Source: Eledone cirrhosa
Lineage: Eukaryota
Length of the DNA stretch: 64,000 bases
Direction: 5' to 3'
NCBI GenBank assembly: GCA_964016885.1
Contig: OZ024743.1
Location: forward strand, 274,474,001-274,538,000
Part shown: piece by piece, positions 1-13,445 of the stretch
Layout: each line of letters begins with the position of its first letter
Numbering within the stretch: position 1 is the first letter of the stretch
Program-made: the position numbers and the translations under genes
The notes under the pieces: generated by a model
What the model was told of the DNA's origin: nothing
What the model saw: only the letters and a program-made list of their open reading frames with translations
Databases searched by the model: none

Positions 1-166
1 TGAAATTCAACTTGATGCGAGTATTTTTTTTTTTTTTTTTTTTTTGAAGCATGACCCTCCCAAAGTATAGCAACATCCGTTTCAACAAATAATTTCACAT
101 CAAGAATGTTTCAAAATGAATACAAAAACGAAGTATTTTATATATGTATGTATGTATGTATGTGTA

Positions 167-217
<51 letters not shown>

Positions 218-362
218 ACTAGAAATTGATTAACATATAAATATACATGAATAATCACAGGATGGCGCATGTCTTTCTGGCATGACACCCATAATTTTGA
301 TTTAGATTAAATTCATTTGATTTATCTTAATTTGGGATATATATATATATATGTTTATATTG

Positions 363-428
363 TATTTTGTCTGAAGAAGGCATAACATATTGTTAATATG
401 ATATCCCTGAAATATATATAATGAAATA
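363..428 (+). ncRNA. Type-I hammerhead ribozyme motif (family A)
   Basis: Stem I tattttgt/atgaaata; CTGAAGA 371-377; paired stem II (agg..catatt/aatatg..cct); GAAA 409-412; loopless palindromic stem III tatata; AUA cleavage triplet, cut at 420/421. Confidence 0.7.
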
Positions 429-557
429 AATATAGTTTTATAAATATAGTTTCCATTTATTTAATATCATAAATATACTCCAAATACTTGTTGAGTGCTT
501 TTATATCAGTTATAAATATTTACTCGTTGTTAACCCAACAATTTAAATATAACTTTC

Positions 558-588
<31 letters not shown>

Positions 589-783
589 GGTCAATAGACA
601 ATATATATATGAGTGTGTGTGTGTCCATTATGTTAGTTCCTACGCTTGTTTGCTTGTAGTTTTATGTATTTTCATAAATCTCATAATATACCGAAGTCGT
701 GTGTACAGTTTAGGTACAGGTATGGCTGCTAGTAAATATATAAATAAGAACTAATCGATAATTTTCTTTTTTTTCTTTTCCAG

Positions 784-822
784 TTATCAGTGGAAAAGAT
801 TTAATTCCTCTAGATGCTAATG
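784..822 (+). CDS. BAIAP3: Munc13-4/BAIAP3-family gene, internal coding exon (start of C2B domain: VISGKDLIPLDAN-G)
   Basis: Polypyrimidine tract plus cag acceptor (781-783) and gtaagt donor at 823. The 39-nt phase-1/phase-1 exon reads (V)ISGKDLIPLDANG, matching the 'DLLPLDANGLSDPF' motif of BAIAP3/UNC13D C2B, and splices in frame to 4935. Confidence 0.9.
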
Positions 823-3131
823 GTAAGTTGTTGAATTTTTTTCGACTTTTTGCTTTTAATTTAAAAAAAAAAATTCGATTCATTTTTGTTATTCTGTTCT
901 CTCTATTTCTCATTCGTAAAATTCAGGCGTTTACTGACTTCGGATCTGTTCTTTATTTTTGTGGGGGGGCTTTGTTATTATTTGTTTGGTTGTTTTTGCA
1001 TGTATGTGTGCTTCACGTTTATGTAAGCTTGTATATATCCGTGCAACATTTAGTTAACTCTATTATACGGTGACACCTTAACCTGCATATTAAATGTTAA
1101 TGATTCGGATACTGTCTAGTATATTATGCATGTTTTTTAATCTGCTGCAAAAATGAAATATTGACATAAGCTTGCATCTTATATAAAAAAAATATCTTAA
1201 CATTTATATTTACAAGAAAACACAATGGTTTTAGAATTATGATAGATTACATATAGCTGTCGTGACATTGAGTTTGCTAGAACTGCTAAATATAGCAACC
1301 AATACTCTTCCTTTAAAAGAGATTGACATTGATTAAAGCTGAGCTTAGAATTAAAATCAACATAATTGTTTATATTATATGATAAATGTGAGTACATAGT
1401 GAGTATTCACATGTAGGCCCATGTGAACAAGTATGGGAATATATACACTCCCATGCTTAAAATCTAAACATACACATACACACACTCACGTTTACAAATG
1501 GAAACTGGCTAAAACGGCCATATGCACACACACACATAGTCGGTTTCGGTGGTCTGCTTTCAATTGTTCGTTCGACTCGGCCTCCAACTCATGAATAAAC
1601 GTGTATGGGGCAGGGTATTCCACATTCACGTGTTCCCCTTACGTAATTCAAACATTCCAAAGACGAATCAGCATGGTACAATATATGCTAAGGCTAGATC
1701 TTTGAAATCCAACTGACAGGCTTTCATATAATCTCCATCGACCCATTTTCCTTCATGAGGTTTGGGCCGAAACAAGTCTATGGTCTTTTCCAAGACCTTG
1801 CGCGAGTGCGTTAACTTCTATGATAAAAAGCCGGTGACCAACAGTTTTTACTTTTTAAGATTTCAAGTCTATAACTAGCCCGTCATCTGAAAGGTGATAG
1901 GTTCTTTAAGATAGCTAACTAAACACATGCGTGCTTTACTCCCGTATACAGTTATTGTTATCGTTTCTTCCTTTTCTAACTCTCTTCTATATTTTTATTT
2001 CTTCTTCTATCTCTCATTCTATCTTCTAGTGAAGTACTAGTGTTCGAAATGTTAACACTTTTTTCCTATTATATCAAGAGTTAAAAGCTAGGTCTGTCTT
2101 ATTATAGAATGCATTAATAGTTGTACCCATAGCATCACATGGTTCGACTGTGATAGAGTCGGCATCAATGTCCACAGTTCGACCCTACTTGAAGCCACCT
2201 GTATGGTGTGGGACCCATACCTTCTTCCCACCATCCATGGCAACCTCTGGTTTCATGGATATAAACATATCTATCTCTCTCAAAAGCCTGGAATATTTCA
2301 AGGCATCTTCAGTCATTTATACTGATTATACTACTGTAATATTCAATTCATCTAACTCGGGCCTACACCATAGGTAGCTGTCTTGGTTATAGTGCCAGCC
2401 CTACTGTAAAATGTCAGGCTCTGATTTGAGGTAGATTTGGCTGTAACTTATAGCCTGTCAAGTGTTCCCTCACTGGTTTGTGATTTAGTTGTTATTTATA
2501 GCATAGCAAGGAACTTTTTCTTTCAAATGTGAAAGTGTTCCTAGTAAAAAGGAGGGCGTGTAGGAAAGAGAAAAATAAGTGTTGCGTCGGGTGATGGAAT
2601 GTAAAATAAGAAAATATATAAAAGAGAAAAGGAAGAGAAACGCAAGGGCTCTAGTGGCAAGGAAGAATGGGGAAGGAAAGAGGAAGGGTGATTGGGCTCT
2701 GGGCCTAGGGTGCGGCGGTAATGGGGATGCGCCTCGCGGACAAGACCGCAATGGCCAGCGACACCCGATGCAACAGCCACCCCACCTCGCGGGGCTCCTT
2801 CCTTTGACGGGCCGCCGACCTTCCGATCTTGCGGGGGAGCTCGGCAGTACGGGGTTCAAGTACGCCTGACGTATCAACAGCGACCGGTGCAAATGCATAT
2901 CATCACTGTATTGTATCTTCACCTGTGTTGCTTTTTCTTCGTTCACGTTAAGGTTCCACGCGTTGTTTGCGAGCTTGGTGCTATACCTCTTACCTTTAGA
3001 TACCCATATAAGAGGTATACCACGTGTCTGTGATGCACTATGCATAAAAATATTAAACGGAATGATCAGGTCAAGAATGCTTTTGATCGGATAAACATCA
3101 ACAATCTCCACAGATTATGAGATTAATATAC

Positions 3132-3314
3132 GGTGAATTGGCAGTATCGGTAGAGAGTCGGACGCCATGCTTTGCAGCATAGTTACGTCTCTATACGGTC
3201 TGAGTTCAAATCCCGCCGAGGTTAACTTTGCCTTTCATCCTTACGGGGTCGATAAAATAAAGTACCAGTAATGTACTGGGGTAATTGCTGGCCTTGTGCT
3301 AAAAGTAGAAACAA
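3132..3314 (+). mobile_element. tRNA-derived SINE (major family) with 18-bp target-site duplication
   Basis: A-box-like tggcagtatcgg, B-box gagttcaaatcc, core gcctttcatccttacggggtcgataaaataaagtaccag; attatgagattaatatac is repeated on both sides. Confidence 0.85.
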
Positions 3315-3509
3315 TTATGAGATTAATATACACACCATATTGCCGCTTCTACAGATCAATAACAGTTGAGAAACTGTTGCCACGTGATTATACAGAGATC
3401 GCAGTACATTATGTCTGTCAACCTGGTTTCTCAAAGTATCACAAAATGAGGGATATTAATGCATAGAATGGACCTTTATTGGTTTCGATTATGAGTGTTC
3501 TAATTATTC

Positions 3510-3800
3510 GATTAATGGAACAGCCTGCTCATGAAATTAATGTATAAGTGGATCAGATTTCTGCAGACACGTGTACCGTTAACGTAATCCTCGGGGAAAT
3601 TCAGTATAGTACAATGTATGACAATGCTGGCTCTCCGAATTACAGGTATAATTCATACTGCTTCCACCTGCCCAATTCCACTATAAGTCATAGGTCGACC
3701 TGAGGTTATGGTAAATCATAATTGCCAGAGATTCCATGCAATATGATCGAACCGCGAAGCTAATCATTGCGAGGCGAACTTCTTAACTATTCGGCCATAT
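3510..3800. mobile_element. Second interspersed SINE-like family (related copies about 1575-1830, 5340-5520, 19660-19900, 47350-47560, 49600-49890)
   Basis: Shared blocks such as acacgtgtacc(c)ttaacgtaatt, tttgaattacaggtac and atcgaactc.c.acc.tacgatc recur at these positions. Confidence 0.6.
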
Positions 3801-4199
3801 TGCGCCCAGAGAAGTAGGCATTCATGTCTATGTGCAGTAGACCGTTTGGGAAGATAAGCAATAGTCCCTTTAGCGATTTAAATTAGTTTATTTTGTAGTA
3901 GCTATATATATTGTGTATTTTATACTTTCAGTAAAATAAATACTGATAGGAAATAGGTTTGTATTCATAACTTAACATGAAACAAATCTGTGTGTGGTTT
4001 ACCTATGTTGGAAAGTACAGCAGCAATGCGACATTACCATAATGCCATTAGACAAATTAAGTCAATCCGAAATTTCTCTGTCGTAATTATGTATATGATA
4101 TAGACTGTCATATGTTTTATATCAGCACTTTAAAGACAAGAATTGCTGGAACGGATGGTACAGGAATAGACCCACTTTCAACATTCGGTTATCAAAATA

Positions 4200-4525
4200 A
4201 GTGATGCAGGTTCAGAAGCCAAACACTCTATCTTCAGCTCGGTATTTGTGCCTACCCTTACCTATAGTCATGATCTTCGGCAATGACAAAAAGAATAAGA
4301 TTACAAACGCCAGCTGTCGAAATGGGGTTAATCCGAAGGGTCTTTAAAGTAACGTTACTTGAAAAGGTGCGTAGTTCGGAGATCGAGGAGTCGTTCCAGT
4401 TAGGTCAGCTATTTCTCTGAATCGAGAGATAACAGCTCCGGTACTACGGATATGTGGTTAAAATATCTAAAGAAAGAATAGCAGGACAGTTTTTACGTGT
4501 AAAACCAACTGGTAGGAAACCTAAC
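4200..4525 (+). mobile_element. Degenerate RTE-type LINE 3' fragment
   Basis: Frameshifted translation gives SVFVPTLTYSHD..MTKRIRL...AVEMG..RRV; similar to the minus-strand copy at 26118-27145. Confidence 0.7.
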
Positions 4526-4934
4526 AATAACAACGAAACGTTTGCTGTCAAGTTCCCACTATATTCCCTACCTTTCAAATGGTTAAAAACTAGTATTCAG
4601 TAAGACAGAGAAGATGACTCAAATGTAAAGAGTCTATATGATTTTGTACAACCTGCTAGAAATAGCATCCAAAGTTAATTTTAATTGGAGGTTAAATGAT
4701 AGAAAACTTGTTCTAAAGAGACAATTTATTCATATAAAAGAAACATGAATTTTTATGAAATATGATTACGGCACTTTATCTTGTGGATCCCCATTTTCTT
4801 TTCATGAAGCCACAAAGAGAAAGAATATTCTTCAACAAACTATTAAAAAATGACAGATACAGTAACCGCCCTGTGCTCCATTAAACATATAACGGGTTTA
4901 CATTTGTCTGTCATGAATATTTTTGTTATTTCAG

Positions 4935-5058
4935 GATTCAGTGACCCCTTTATCCTGATCCACTTGAGCCCAGAGCACATTTTCCCAAACATCACAGTTC
5001 AGAAGACTCAGATCGTCAAGAAAACATTAAATCCGGTCTTTGACGAATTATTTGAATT
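4935..5058 (+). CDS. BAIAP3: Munc13-4/BAIAP3-family C2B exon (GFSDPFILIHLSPEHIFPNITVQKTQIVKKTLNPVFDELFEF)
   Basis: ttcag acceptor and gtaagt donor at 5059; 124 nt, phase 1 to phase 2. Canonical C2 motifs SDPF and KTQ..KKTLNPVFDELF; the P.H.FP insert is typical of Munc13-4/BAIAP3. Confidence 0.93.
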
Positions 5059-5162
5059 GTAAGTAAAGAGATTTGTTTTCTTTATTTAATACGCTCATAG
5101 CGTCTATCTGTAATCTCTCTCTCTCTCTCTCCCTCACTCTCTCTCCCTCTATCTCTCTCTCT

Positions 5163-5207
<45 letters not shown>

Positions 5208-5621
5208 CATATTTATGAAATCACACGACCACTAGATGCTTTGGGCACCCATGACATTGTAATATGCGTGTTGAGCCGCCGTGGGTTGTTTGATCAACGG
5301 AGCATTTAAGATATTAATGTACTAGTTGTGCATTTTACAGGAAAATATACCTATAAACTAGTACTCAGGGAATTCCATTGTGACAGACTTTGACAAGTCT
5401 GGCTTTTGGAATTACAGGTGTAATTTTTGTTAACTGGACATGAACTGTGTGCAATAAAATCGAACTCACGACCATACGATCGTGAGCTGAACGCCCTAAC
5501 CACAAAGCAACATTCATACTTGCACACACGCACACACACGCACACGCACACGCACACGCACACGCACACGCACGCACGCACACACACGCACACACACGCA
5601 CACACATGCACACACACGCAC

Positions 5622-5683
<62 letters not shown>

Positions 5684-6335
5684 GCGCGCGACTGGTTTCC
5701 TCACGGTTTCTGGTTTCAAAATACAGAAAATATATTGTTTAATCGGTGACTTCAGTGAAAGAAAAGCACGTGGCCAAATACTAGTAGCGGCATCGAAGAA
5801 GGAAACACCTGGTTGCGAAGCGAATAACAAAACACGTGGTTGCAAACCAAACATTTCAACCACACAATTTCTTACCAGTTGTGAAAAAAATTGATTCCTA
5901 TTCCAACGTTGTTGCTGATCACCCCCGAAGAAACGCTATCTCTATTCTGTCCGTCGGGGCCGCGGGCTGCCAGTCCACCTTTACTCGGAGCCTGACAACT
6001 CAACCAATTAGAAGGCGAGTACCTAGTAACGTATATCATTTCAAAGGGTTAATACAATTAGCAGTTCAGCTATTCTATGGGATGAGTCTCAATACAGTCG
6101 CATGACCTTCCAGAAATATTTTGAAGCGCACACCAAAGTCTTTAAAATAAAATAAAATATACAGAACACATTAGGTAATCTGATCTTAGGTACACTATGC
6201 CACGATAAAAGACAGATTGTTCATGGCTGGAATATATTTAATCAGAGGTATGCTATATCAAGACAGTGCTGATGTTAAAAAGGGCTCCTGTTATTCATAA
6301 TGTTGTCTAGGTTAAAATCTAGGGGATCCACGAGC

Positions 6336-6648
6336 AGGGTTGGATTTAGACCTTGAGTGCCCCGGGGCACTTCATATTTGGGAGGGGGTGTCAATCATAC
6401 ATAAAAAATTATAATACACAGCAAACCCCACCAGTTTTACATATCAAAGTTAGCTTGGCACAAGTAATTAGAATTGAAAAGTTATACATACAGGTATTAA
6501 ATTCAAAAATTCTAACCATCCTAAAACTAAAAAGCCCAGCTGAGGGTACAAATAAATTGGTACGGCCGTTGCTGGTGGAAACCCCCCTCCCCCCAGCAGG
6601 GGGCCCAGAGCAATTGCCCCCTTTGCCCTCCATTAAATCCGTTTCTTG
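6336..6648. mobile_element. hAT-like MITE
   Basis: Termini cagggttggattta / taaatccgtttcttg with GC-rich gggccc-type subterminal motifs. Confidence 0.5.
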
Positions 6649-6981
6649 CAGTAATGATGTGAAAAATTGAAGTGTCAGTGGTGGCCCGAAATACCTGAAA
6701 ACCTTGGGGCATTCAAATCCCTCCCCTCTCAGAAAATAACGAAATACCACGTTAAACAATATACTTATAACTATACAAAAAGACGTGATGGTCATGACTG
6801 GAATTCCTTGGTGTTGTTGTTTAACTCCAGTTTAGATCTATTTGAAAAAATCAAAAACATTTCACTCGTATCCGTCGATTTTTCTAACACGAAAGGGATT
6901 TGAGGCAAATATCGCTGCTGTTTCTAGCCGGTGGAACGATCCCGTAAAGGTTCCCTTGTTGACTTGATCACTCAAGTTAAT

Positions 6982-7362
6982 AATTGTTTCTACTTTTGGA
7001 ACAAGGCCAGCAATTATCCCAGAGCATTACTGGTACTTTATTTTATCGACCCCTTAAGGATGAAAGGCAAAGTTAACTTCGGCGGGATTTGAACTCAGAA
7101 CGTAAAGGGCCATAACTCTATGCTGTAGAGCATGGTGTCTGACGCTCTACTGATGCTGCCAATTCACCGCCCTTCAAGTTAATAATTGTTTCTACTTGAG
7201 GCACAAGGCTAGCAATTACACAGTGCATTACTGGTACTTTATTTTATCAACCCCGTAAGGATGAAAGGCAAAGTCAACCTCGGCGGGATTTGAACTCAGA
7301 TCGTAAAGGGACGTAACTATGCTGGAAAGCATGGCGTCCGACCCTCTACCGATACTGCCAAT
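6982..7362 (-). mobile_element. Two tandem copies of the major SINE
   Basis: Reverse-complement SINE bodies at about 6982-7173 and 7183-7362, each preceded by tcaagttaataattgtttctac. Confidence 0.85.
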
Positions 7363-8143
7363 CATAACAATTCTTGAATATATTTCACATAGTGCTAGAA
7401 AATACTAGGCGAATAAAACAAATAACAAGGGACATAACTCGTATGACAATCTTAAGAGTTATTTCCCCATTAATAGATTTTTCTTGTTTTAAATAGTTTC
7501 TTTTTCTACTATTACCACAACATAACTTTTATAGTGTAAAAAACGTTAGCATGTTAAGCAAGCCTTTACCAACCGATATTTCTTAAATATTTAGCCTACG
7601 GTTAAAAGTGTTCTCTATCAGTTAATTCTAAGTGTACATAGTTGTCCGACTTGCTAGAGATAGCAGACAAATCTGACTACCTCAAAATTACTCCCTGTCG
7701 CATGTCTTGCAAACGGAAGGGTACATTGAATAAGGTGGCCTAGATACACTATATCTGAACAAGAATAAAAAGACGGAATTATCACGGCTGGGACGCCTTT
7801 AATCATGATTCTTCTCGGTAAGAACAGGGACTGAAAAAGAAAAACAAAAGCATCGACTGATGGACATGTATCGTTTTGGTAGTGATAATGTACAAAACAA
7901 ACTTATCATAGAAAAAGTTTGTATTTCTTTATTATTTTATCCCCAAGTATAGAATATAGTATTACGTTGAAGCGTGAAAATCTTGGTGAAAAATAATTTA
8001 CTGCTTTTAGCATCGAGTTAACATTTCTAGCAGAACTATTTCTTTTCTTTAAATTAACCCATAAATCATTTTCTCATTAGCATCACAATTGCCCCAAATA
8101 ATTTCTACTGACAGTTTATCAGACTGAAAAACCTAGATTTTGA

Positions 8144-8146
<3 letters not shown>

Positions 8147-8175
<29 letters not shown>

Positions 8176-8355
8176 CTTCTTCTTCTTCTTCTTCTTCTCC
8201 ACCCACTTATTCCTGAGAGGGTCGTCGGTTCAGAGTCCTCATACACTCCTACCAGTGGATCCTGTCGGAAGCAACCGTCTCCGACTGATCCGGCTGGATC
8301 CCCTAGCGTGACCAGCTAGGCTCATGGATGTTATCCAACCATCTTGCTCGGGGTC
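8147..8355 (-). mobile_element. RTE LINE 3' end with (GAA)n tail
   Basis: (ttc)n followed by cacttattcctgagagggtcgt..., closely similar to 26030-26275. Confidence 0.8.
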
Positions 8356-8409
8356 TACTTCTTGCTCTGACCACACTAATACAATTATTAAGTCTGCATT
8401 TCCTTTTAC

Positions 8410-9060
8410 AGCCCACACTCTCACCAAATTATATGACAGATCATAATACCATACGACCTTTTTCTAATGGTACAGATATTTCCACAGCGCTATTACACAG
8501 AAAAGAAATTTAGCGCATTTGTTTATTGATCGCAGGAAATTATTATATAATTAATTATATAATTATATAATACAAATTTGTATAAAACTGTTATTTACAC
8601 CCTAGTCAGATGTCTAGCTACCCTTAGTAGTAGCGCCGGTCTTGTATACGTCCTTGTCAAAAGAGGCAGTCCTTTCAGCAAACATGAACTTGGCTATATT
8701 TGTTACCTGGCATTCAACAGTCTTGAATAAACTATCATGCTTAGCACACTCTCTAGCAAGCATATGGTATAGAAGACCATCTCGGCCACGAGTTGATTAC
8801 GTAAAATACTGGATGGCAGCCAATCTATACTACCAACCACGGCAGCCTAGAATACAATCCTGAGAGAGGCGCATTATCGAACCTTAAATAATCAGTTTTA
8901 TACGTACTTGTATAATTCAATGTAATTTTAATTAAATATGTAATTCTTTGCGATCAATAAATTAATTTCTCAACAAGTCGTGGAGCAGCATTGTGGAAAT
9001 ATCCAAAACTAGGGAGAAGGCCACTTGTAACACGATTTGGCGTAGGTGAATGTGAAGTAC
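8410..9060. mobile_element. Old MITE-like element with long degenerate inverted arms
   Basis: gatatttccaca...tttattgatcgca...gtataaaactg (8475-8600) is mirrored in reverse complement at 8885-9005. Confidence 0.55.
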
Positions 9061-9762
9061 TCTCAGGTTATGAATAATCCCCCCTTATTAATTTTTTAGA
9101 TTTTTTCCAAGTCCCTCGCTTTTATTCCCCACTACCGCATATTAAACTTTGCTCATCTATCTCCGGCGAACATTTATTGTAAGTAATTCATATTCATACA
9201 GCAGCTGAAGAATCTGATAATACTTTTATTTTACATTAAAAAAACATTATATATGACAAAATAAGAACATTACAAGAAATCACATATTGACGAATGTTAT
9301 ATAAAAATCTAAGCAAATGTTCAACCACCCAGCTTATTCCAACTCTCCAGTAGTTGGAAACCGGGAGTTTGTGGTAGAAAATTCAAGCAGTAATTTTTTT
9401 AGTGCGGCCAGAGCAAGAAGTGTCAACAATTGGGTTTCACAGTTTGCCAAACTATAAGTTTAAATTATTTTTATTTGCTAGAATAATTTTACGCTGTAAA
9501 GCTATCATAGGGTGTCAAATATCGAGGGCTAGTTTTACCTCTGCCTGCTGAGAACTATCCAAAACTGATCACTGTGATAAGTGCTTATCAAAGAAGTCCT
9601 TAGGGGCCTTCGTCATCTAGATGCGGGAAGAAAGGGCAAGGGTCGTCTCACTACACAGACGAATTCCTGACCTGTTATTTTAGCCTGGAATCTCTACTAC
9701 ATATTCAACTCGATGCTTTTAACCTATAAACTGCATTTCTATGGAACATTTTTTCACTTCTA

Positions 9763-9941
9763 ATAATTGTTTCTACTTTTGGCACAATGTCAGCAATAAC
9801 CCAGTGTATTACTGGTACTTTATTTTATCGACCCCGTAAGGATGAAAGACAAAGTTAACCTCGGCGGGATTTGAAATCAGATCATAAAGGGACGTAACTC
9901 TATCCTTCAAAGCATGGTGTCCGACTCTCTACCGATACTGT
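9763..9941 (-). mobile_element. Major SINE copy
   Basis: Reverse complement of the 3132-3314 sequence. Confidence 0.85.
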
Positions 9942-10419
9942 GGCTATACGGATTGACTGTGTTGGTAATGAGGTCTAATTATGCTGAATCATATCTAGAG
10001 TTTTCCTTAAACTGCCCCATGTCAGACTCACGAACGACTGCATCAAATTTCGAATTAATTCTAATTAATGTAAAACTCCTAAGTTATCTCCCTTAACTAG
10101 GGTTGTTTTTTAAGAAAACACTGATTTTTATAATTAAGTTCGTAATTTAAATTTAAATTTCTGAGATCCCTCCATCAAGTCTGTTAACTACCGTTTTACT
10201 ACACGTTTATTAATACTATCTATCCAACGTTCAGGCATGGATATATAATAAGAAAGAGGTTCGCTTCGCAGGCATGTGATTCTAGTTTTGATCTGATTGC
10301 GCAGCACCTTCTTTAAGTTTTTATTTTGTTGTTGTACAGTTCCGGGCTAGACAATGCATTGTATGTGGCTGTTCTTTTCCTTAAGTGTATTTTATCCGAT
10401 GTTCTAAAGCTATTATTTA

Positions 10420-10910
10420 TAACGATCGACTGTTGTAAAGTTATTTGGATTTTCCCATATCACATCTCAAATTATCCAATCGTGTCGATAAATGTATATA
10501 TATAGTTAAAATAATTGTTTCTACTTTTGGCACAAGGCCAGCAATTAACCAGTACATTACTGGTACTTTATTTTATAGACCCCGTAAGTATGAAAGGCAA
10601 AGTTAACCTCGGCAGGATTTGAACTCAGATCGTAAAGGCACGTAACTACGCTGGAAAGCATGTCTGACCCTCTACTAATACTCCCAATATACACAAACAA
10701 CAAACAAACACCAAAGCAACACAGAAAAAACAAGAAAAACGTCACTATTTAACTATTTGATAAGATTGTTTCTTTGTGTTGTTTCGGTGTTTGTTTGTTG
10801 TTTGTGTATAATATCTTAACTATATATATTTCACTTTATCGACACGCTTGGGGGATTTGAGAAGTGATATTGGAAAATCCAAATAACTTTACAACAGTCC
10901 ATCGCTATAT
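10420..10910. repeat. Fold-back element with a SINE (10511-10688, minus strand) inserted in its left arm
   Basis: 10420-10510 is the reverse complement of 10815-10908; inner arms acaaacaacaaacaaacacc / ggtgtttgtttgttgtttgtg. Confidence 0.7.
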
Positions 10911-11313
10911 ATATATATTACATCACAGCAAATCTACACATTCCAAAACGTGCCCACACGAATCCTTGATTGCTCAAGCGCTCACGTATATACGCACATG
11001 AATACCGGTTAATACACATCCGCATTGCCTCACCACAAATTTCACCAAAATATACACATACGCCCACACACAAAAGAAATAAGGTCAATGCCTCATACCA
11101 CAACAAAAAAATATCTTTCGTCGCATCACCAGTCTGAGAAGCAGATCGGTACTGGAGTCCGGTCCATAACTCTTATGGGTCACCTTGAGCCAATCCTCTG
11201 CGAAACACGCTTAATAGGTCGATACGCAATAAATATTTTTCATATGTAAACGAAACTTCCTTGTTTTTTTATATTATATATGTGTGTGTGCATATATATA
11301 TATGTGTGTATGC

Positions 11314-11349
<36 letters not shown>

Positions 11350-11438
11350 AAACAGCAAACACCAAAGAAGCAAAAAAGCGTCACTACTTAACTATTTGAT
11401 ACTAGACGTATACACACACAACACACACAACACACACA

Positions 11439-11515
<77 letters not shown>

Positions 11516-12584
11516 ACTCACAACCCACACACACACCAGTCGCGTAGCGTGGGGCGTACGGCCGCACAGGGCAGTCAATTAGAGGGGATGCAATTTGGCT
11601 ACTACTCAAGGCGGCCAAACCAAAACCCATGCTACATACAGAGATAGATAAAGAGAGGGGGGGAGAGACTGTGTGTGTGTCGGTGTGTGGGTGTAGACGC
11701 CAAGGCTGTGAAAGAATATCCTCTGCCCTTGATCATCATGTGGTGAGTTGGTATATTTAACGATAGAACCTTATCAAATAGTTAAGTAGTAAGGGGTTGT
11801 TTTTTTTTGGTTTCTTTGTATTACTTTGGTGTTTGTTTGTTTTTGTATAAGACTTTAGCTACCGTCCTTGTAATTGAAGATAAATAAACCAGCCGGGATA
11901 GAATTCCCTGATTCATTGTTGGATAATTGAGCTGGATATAACGAGATAAAGAAGAAAGAGAATTTATATTGTCACCCGTCTTGCTAGAAATAGCAGCAAT
12001 ATATCCCTCATACCATACGTAGGTGCGCTTGTTCTGACACGAGGTGTGTCACGGCCATTTTAAACTTGACGGACCCCATCTTTCTCCAGTTAGGAACACA
12101 GCTGATTTCTTAGAGAGAGAGGAAGAGAGGGGAGGGAGAGGGGGGAGCGGGGGGAGAGAGAGAGTGTCAACACTAATATTGTACTAGTAATTTATATATC
12201 GACCTTGAAAGCATGAAATTTTAGACACAACAGGATTTGAACTCAATGCGCAGAGAGCCAGAACAAATAGCAAAGCGTTTTTCATCCGACGTTCTAACGA
12301 CCCTGCCCACTCGTCGCCTAAACCGGACAGTATACTCGCTCAAAATTTGAAAGACACATTTGGTAATATAGTCCTACATATATCATGTCTAATAAAAAGA
12401 AAGATGCGATTGTCACAGCTGGTACGTCTTTGATGATAAGTCTGCTCGGTCAGGACCATGGTATAAAGAAAAAAATTGACTTAACAACTTGACCTCCAAG
12501 AAATAGCAGCCAAATTTCCTTCAAATCTCACCATTACGTCATGAAGAAAGGAACAATATATTTGATAATGCAGTTCTAGATACA

Positions 12585-12860
12585 TAACCCCTTTTTTAAC
12601 CATTTCATGTCTATATTTCTAATGACAGATAATAACTGATTTTCAAATAATTTTGAAAATAATCACGAATTTGTAACGATTTAATAATATAACTATTTTT
12701 CTCCTTATATCTGGTGTTGTGTTGTGTTGTGTTGGGAACATAAAAGTTCTTACATAAAATTCTGGTACAAGATTTTTAGATAAATATAAACACTTTAAAA
12801 TTAAGTTTTGTATAAACGAAGCAGGTTCGGTGTCAAGTTGTTTAATACCAAGAGGGTTAA
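12585..12860. mobile_element. piggyBac-like MITE (related copy 51790-52030)
   Basis: Ends taaccc... / ...agagggttaa with AT-rich shared internal blocks. Confidence 0.5.
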
Positions 12861-13139
12861 TGACTTTGTCAGGGGAGGAAATAAAGCAACTATAACCTTT
12901 GAGCAGGGCTTCCAAAACTGATGAAAGAGGAAGAGAAAGTTTTCCTTAAACCAGTTGCCTGGCCTGGATTCTACTATCCCAAAACAAGTAAACTCGCTAA
13001 GACAAGCTTCCCCACAGTTTCCCTCCACCAAATCTCACTCACTGCTACGCAGCCAAACCCGAAAGCTCTGCCGTATGGAAGATAAAGCACGTGATTGTCA
13101 TAGTTGGAATGTTTCTGAGTAAAGCTCTGTTAGAGTAGA

Positions 13140-13445
13140 CAGCGAATTGGCAGAGTCGATAGAACGTCGGATAAAATGTTTTGTGGTGTTCCTTTCGGCT
13201 CTCTGCTCTCTCAGTTCAAATCCTGCCAAGGTCATCTTTTTTTGCTTTCATCCTTTTGAGATCGATAAAAAAAATACTAATCAAGTACTGGGCCGATTCT
13301 TCCTCTATATCTCTTTCACACTTCCTCTCTCTCTCTCTCTCCTTCTCTGGAAGAAATCTGCTGTATTCAGATCTGGAAAGGAGGTGGGCTCCGCCAGGTT
13401 TAAATATGCCCTAGAAATGCCCTATGCGATTTCTTCATGAATTAA
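13140..13445 (+). mobile_element. Diverged SINE with extended unique tail (paralog at 30045-30380)
   Basis: SINE head and core followed by tctgctgtattcaga.ctgga.aggag...ctcc.ccaggttt.aa.atgcccta, shared with 30270-30325. Confidence 0.75.

Noticed and set aside
2775-2850. HDV-like ribozyme (ccc-acctcgc-ggg resembles P3/L3)
   Set aside because: No upstream P1 partner and no GG for P1.1.
2830-2869. EF1-alpha-like peptide (ELGSTGFKYA)
   Set aside because: Similarity is limited to a few residues and is followed immediately by a stop.
3132-3220. tRNA gene
   Set aside because: The A and B boxes belong to a SINE head; spacing is too long and there is no cloverleaf.
4850-5062. ORF-track calls 4850-5062 and 25793-26008 as stand-alone genes
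   Set aside because: They are spliced exons with intronic overhangs; boundaries were reset at AG/GT sites.
12914-12945. ctgatga...gaaa hammerhead candidate
   Set aside because: The intervening aagaggaaga cannot form stem II.
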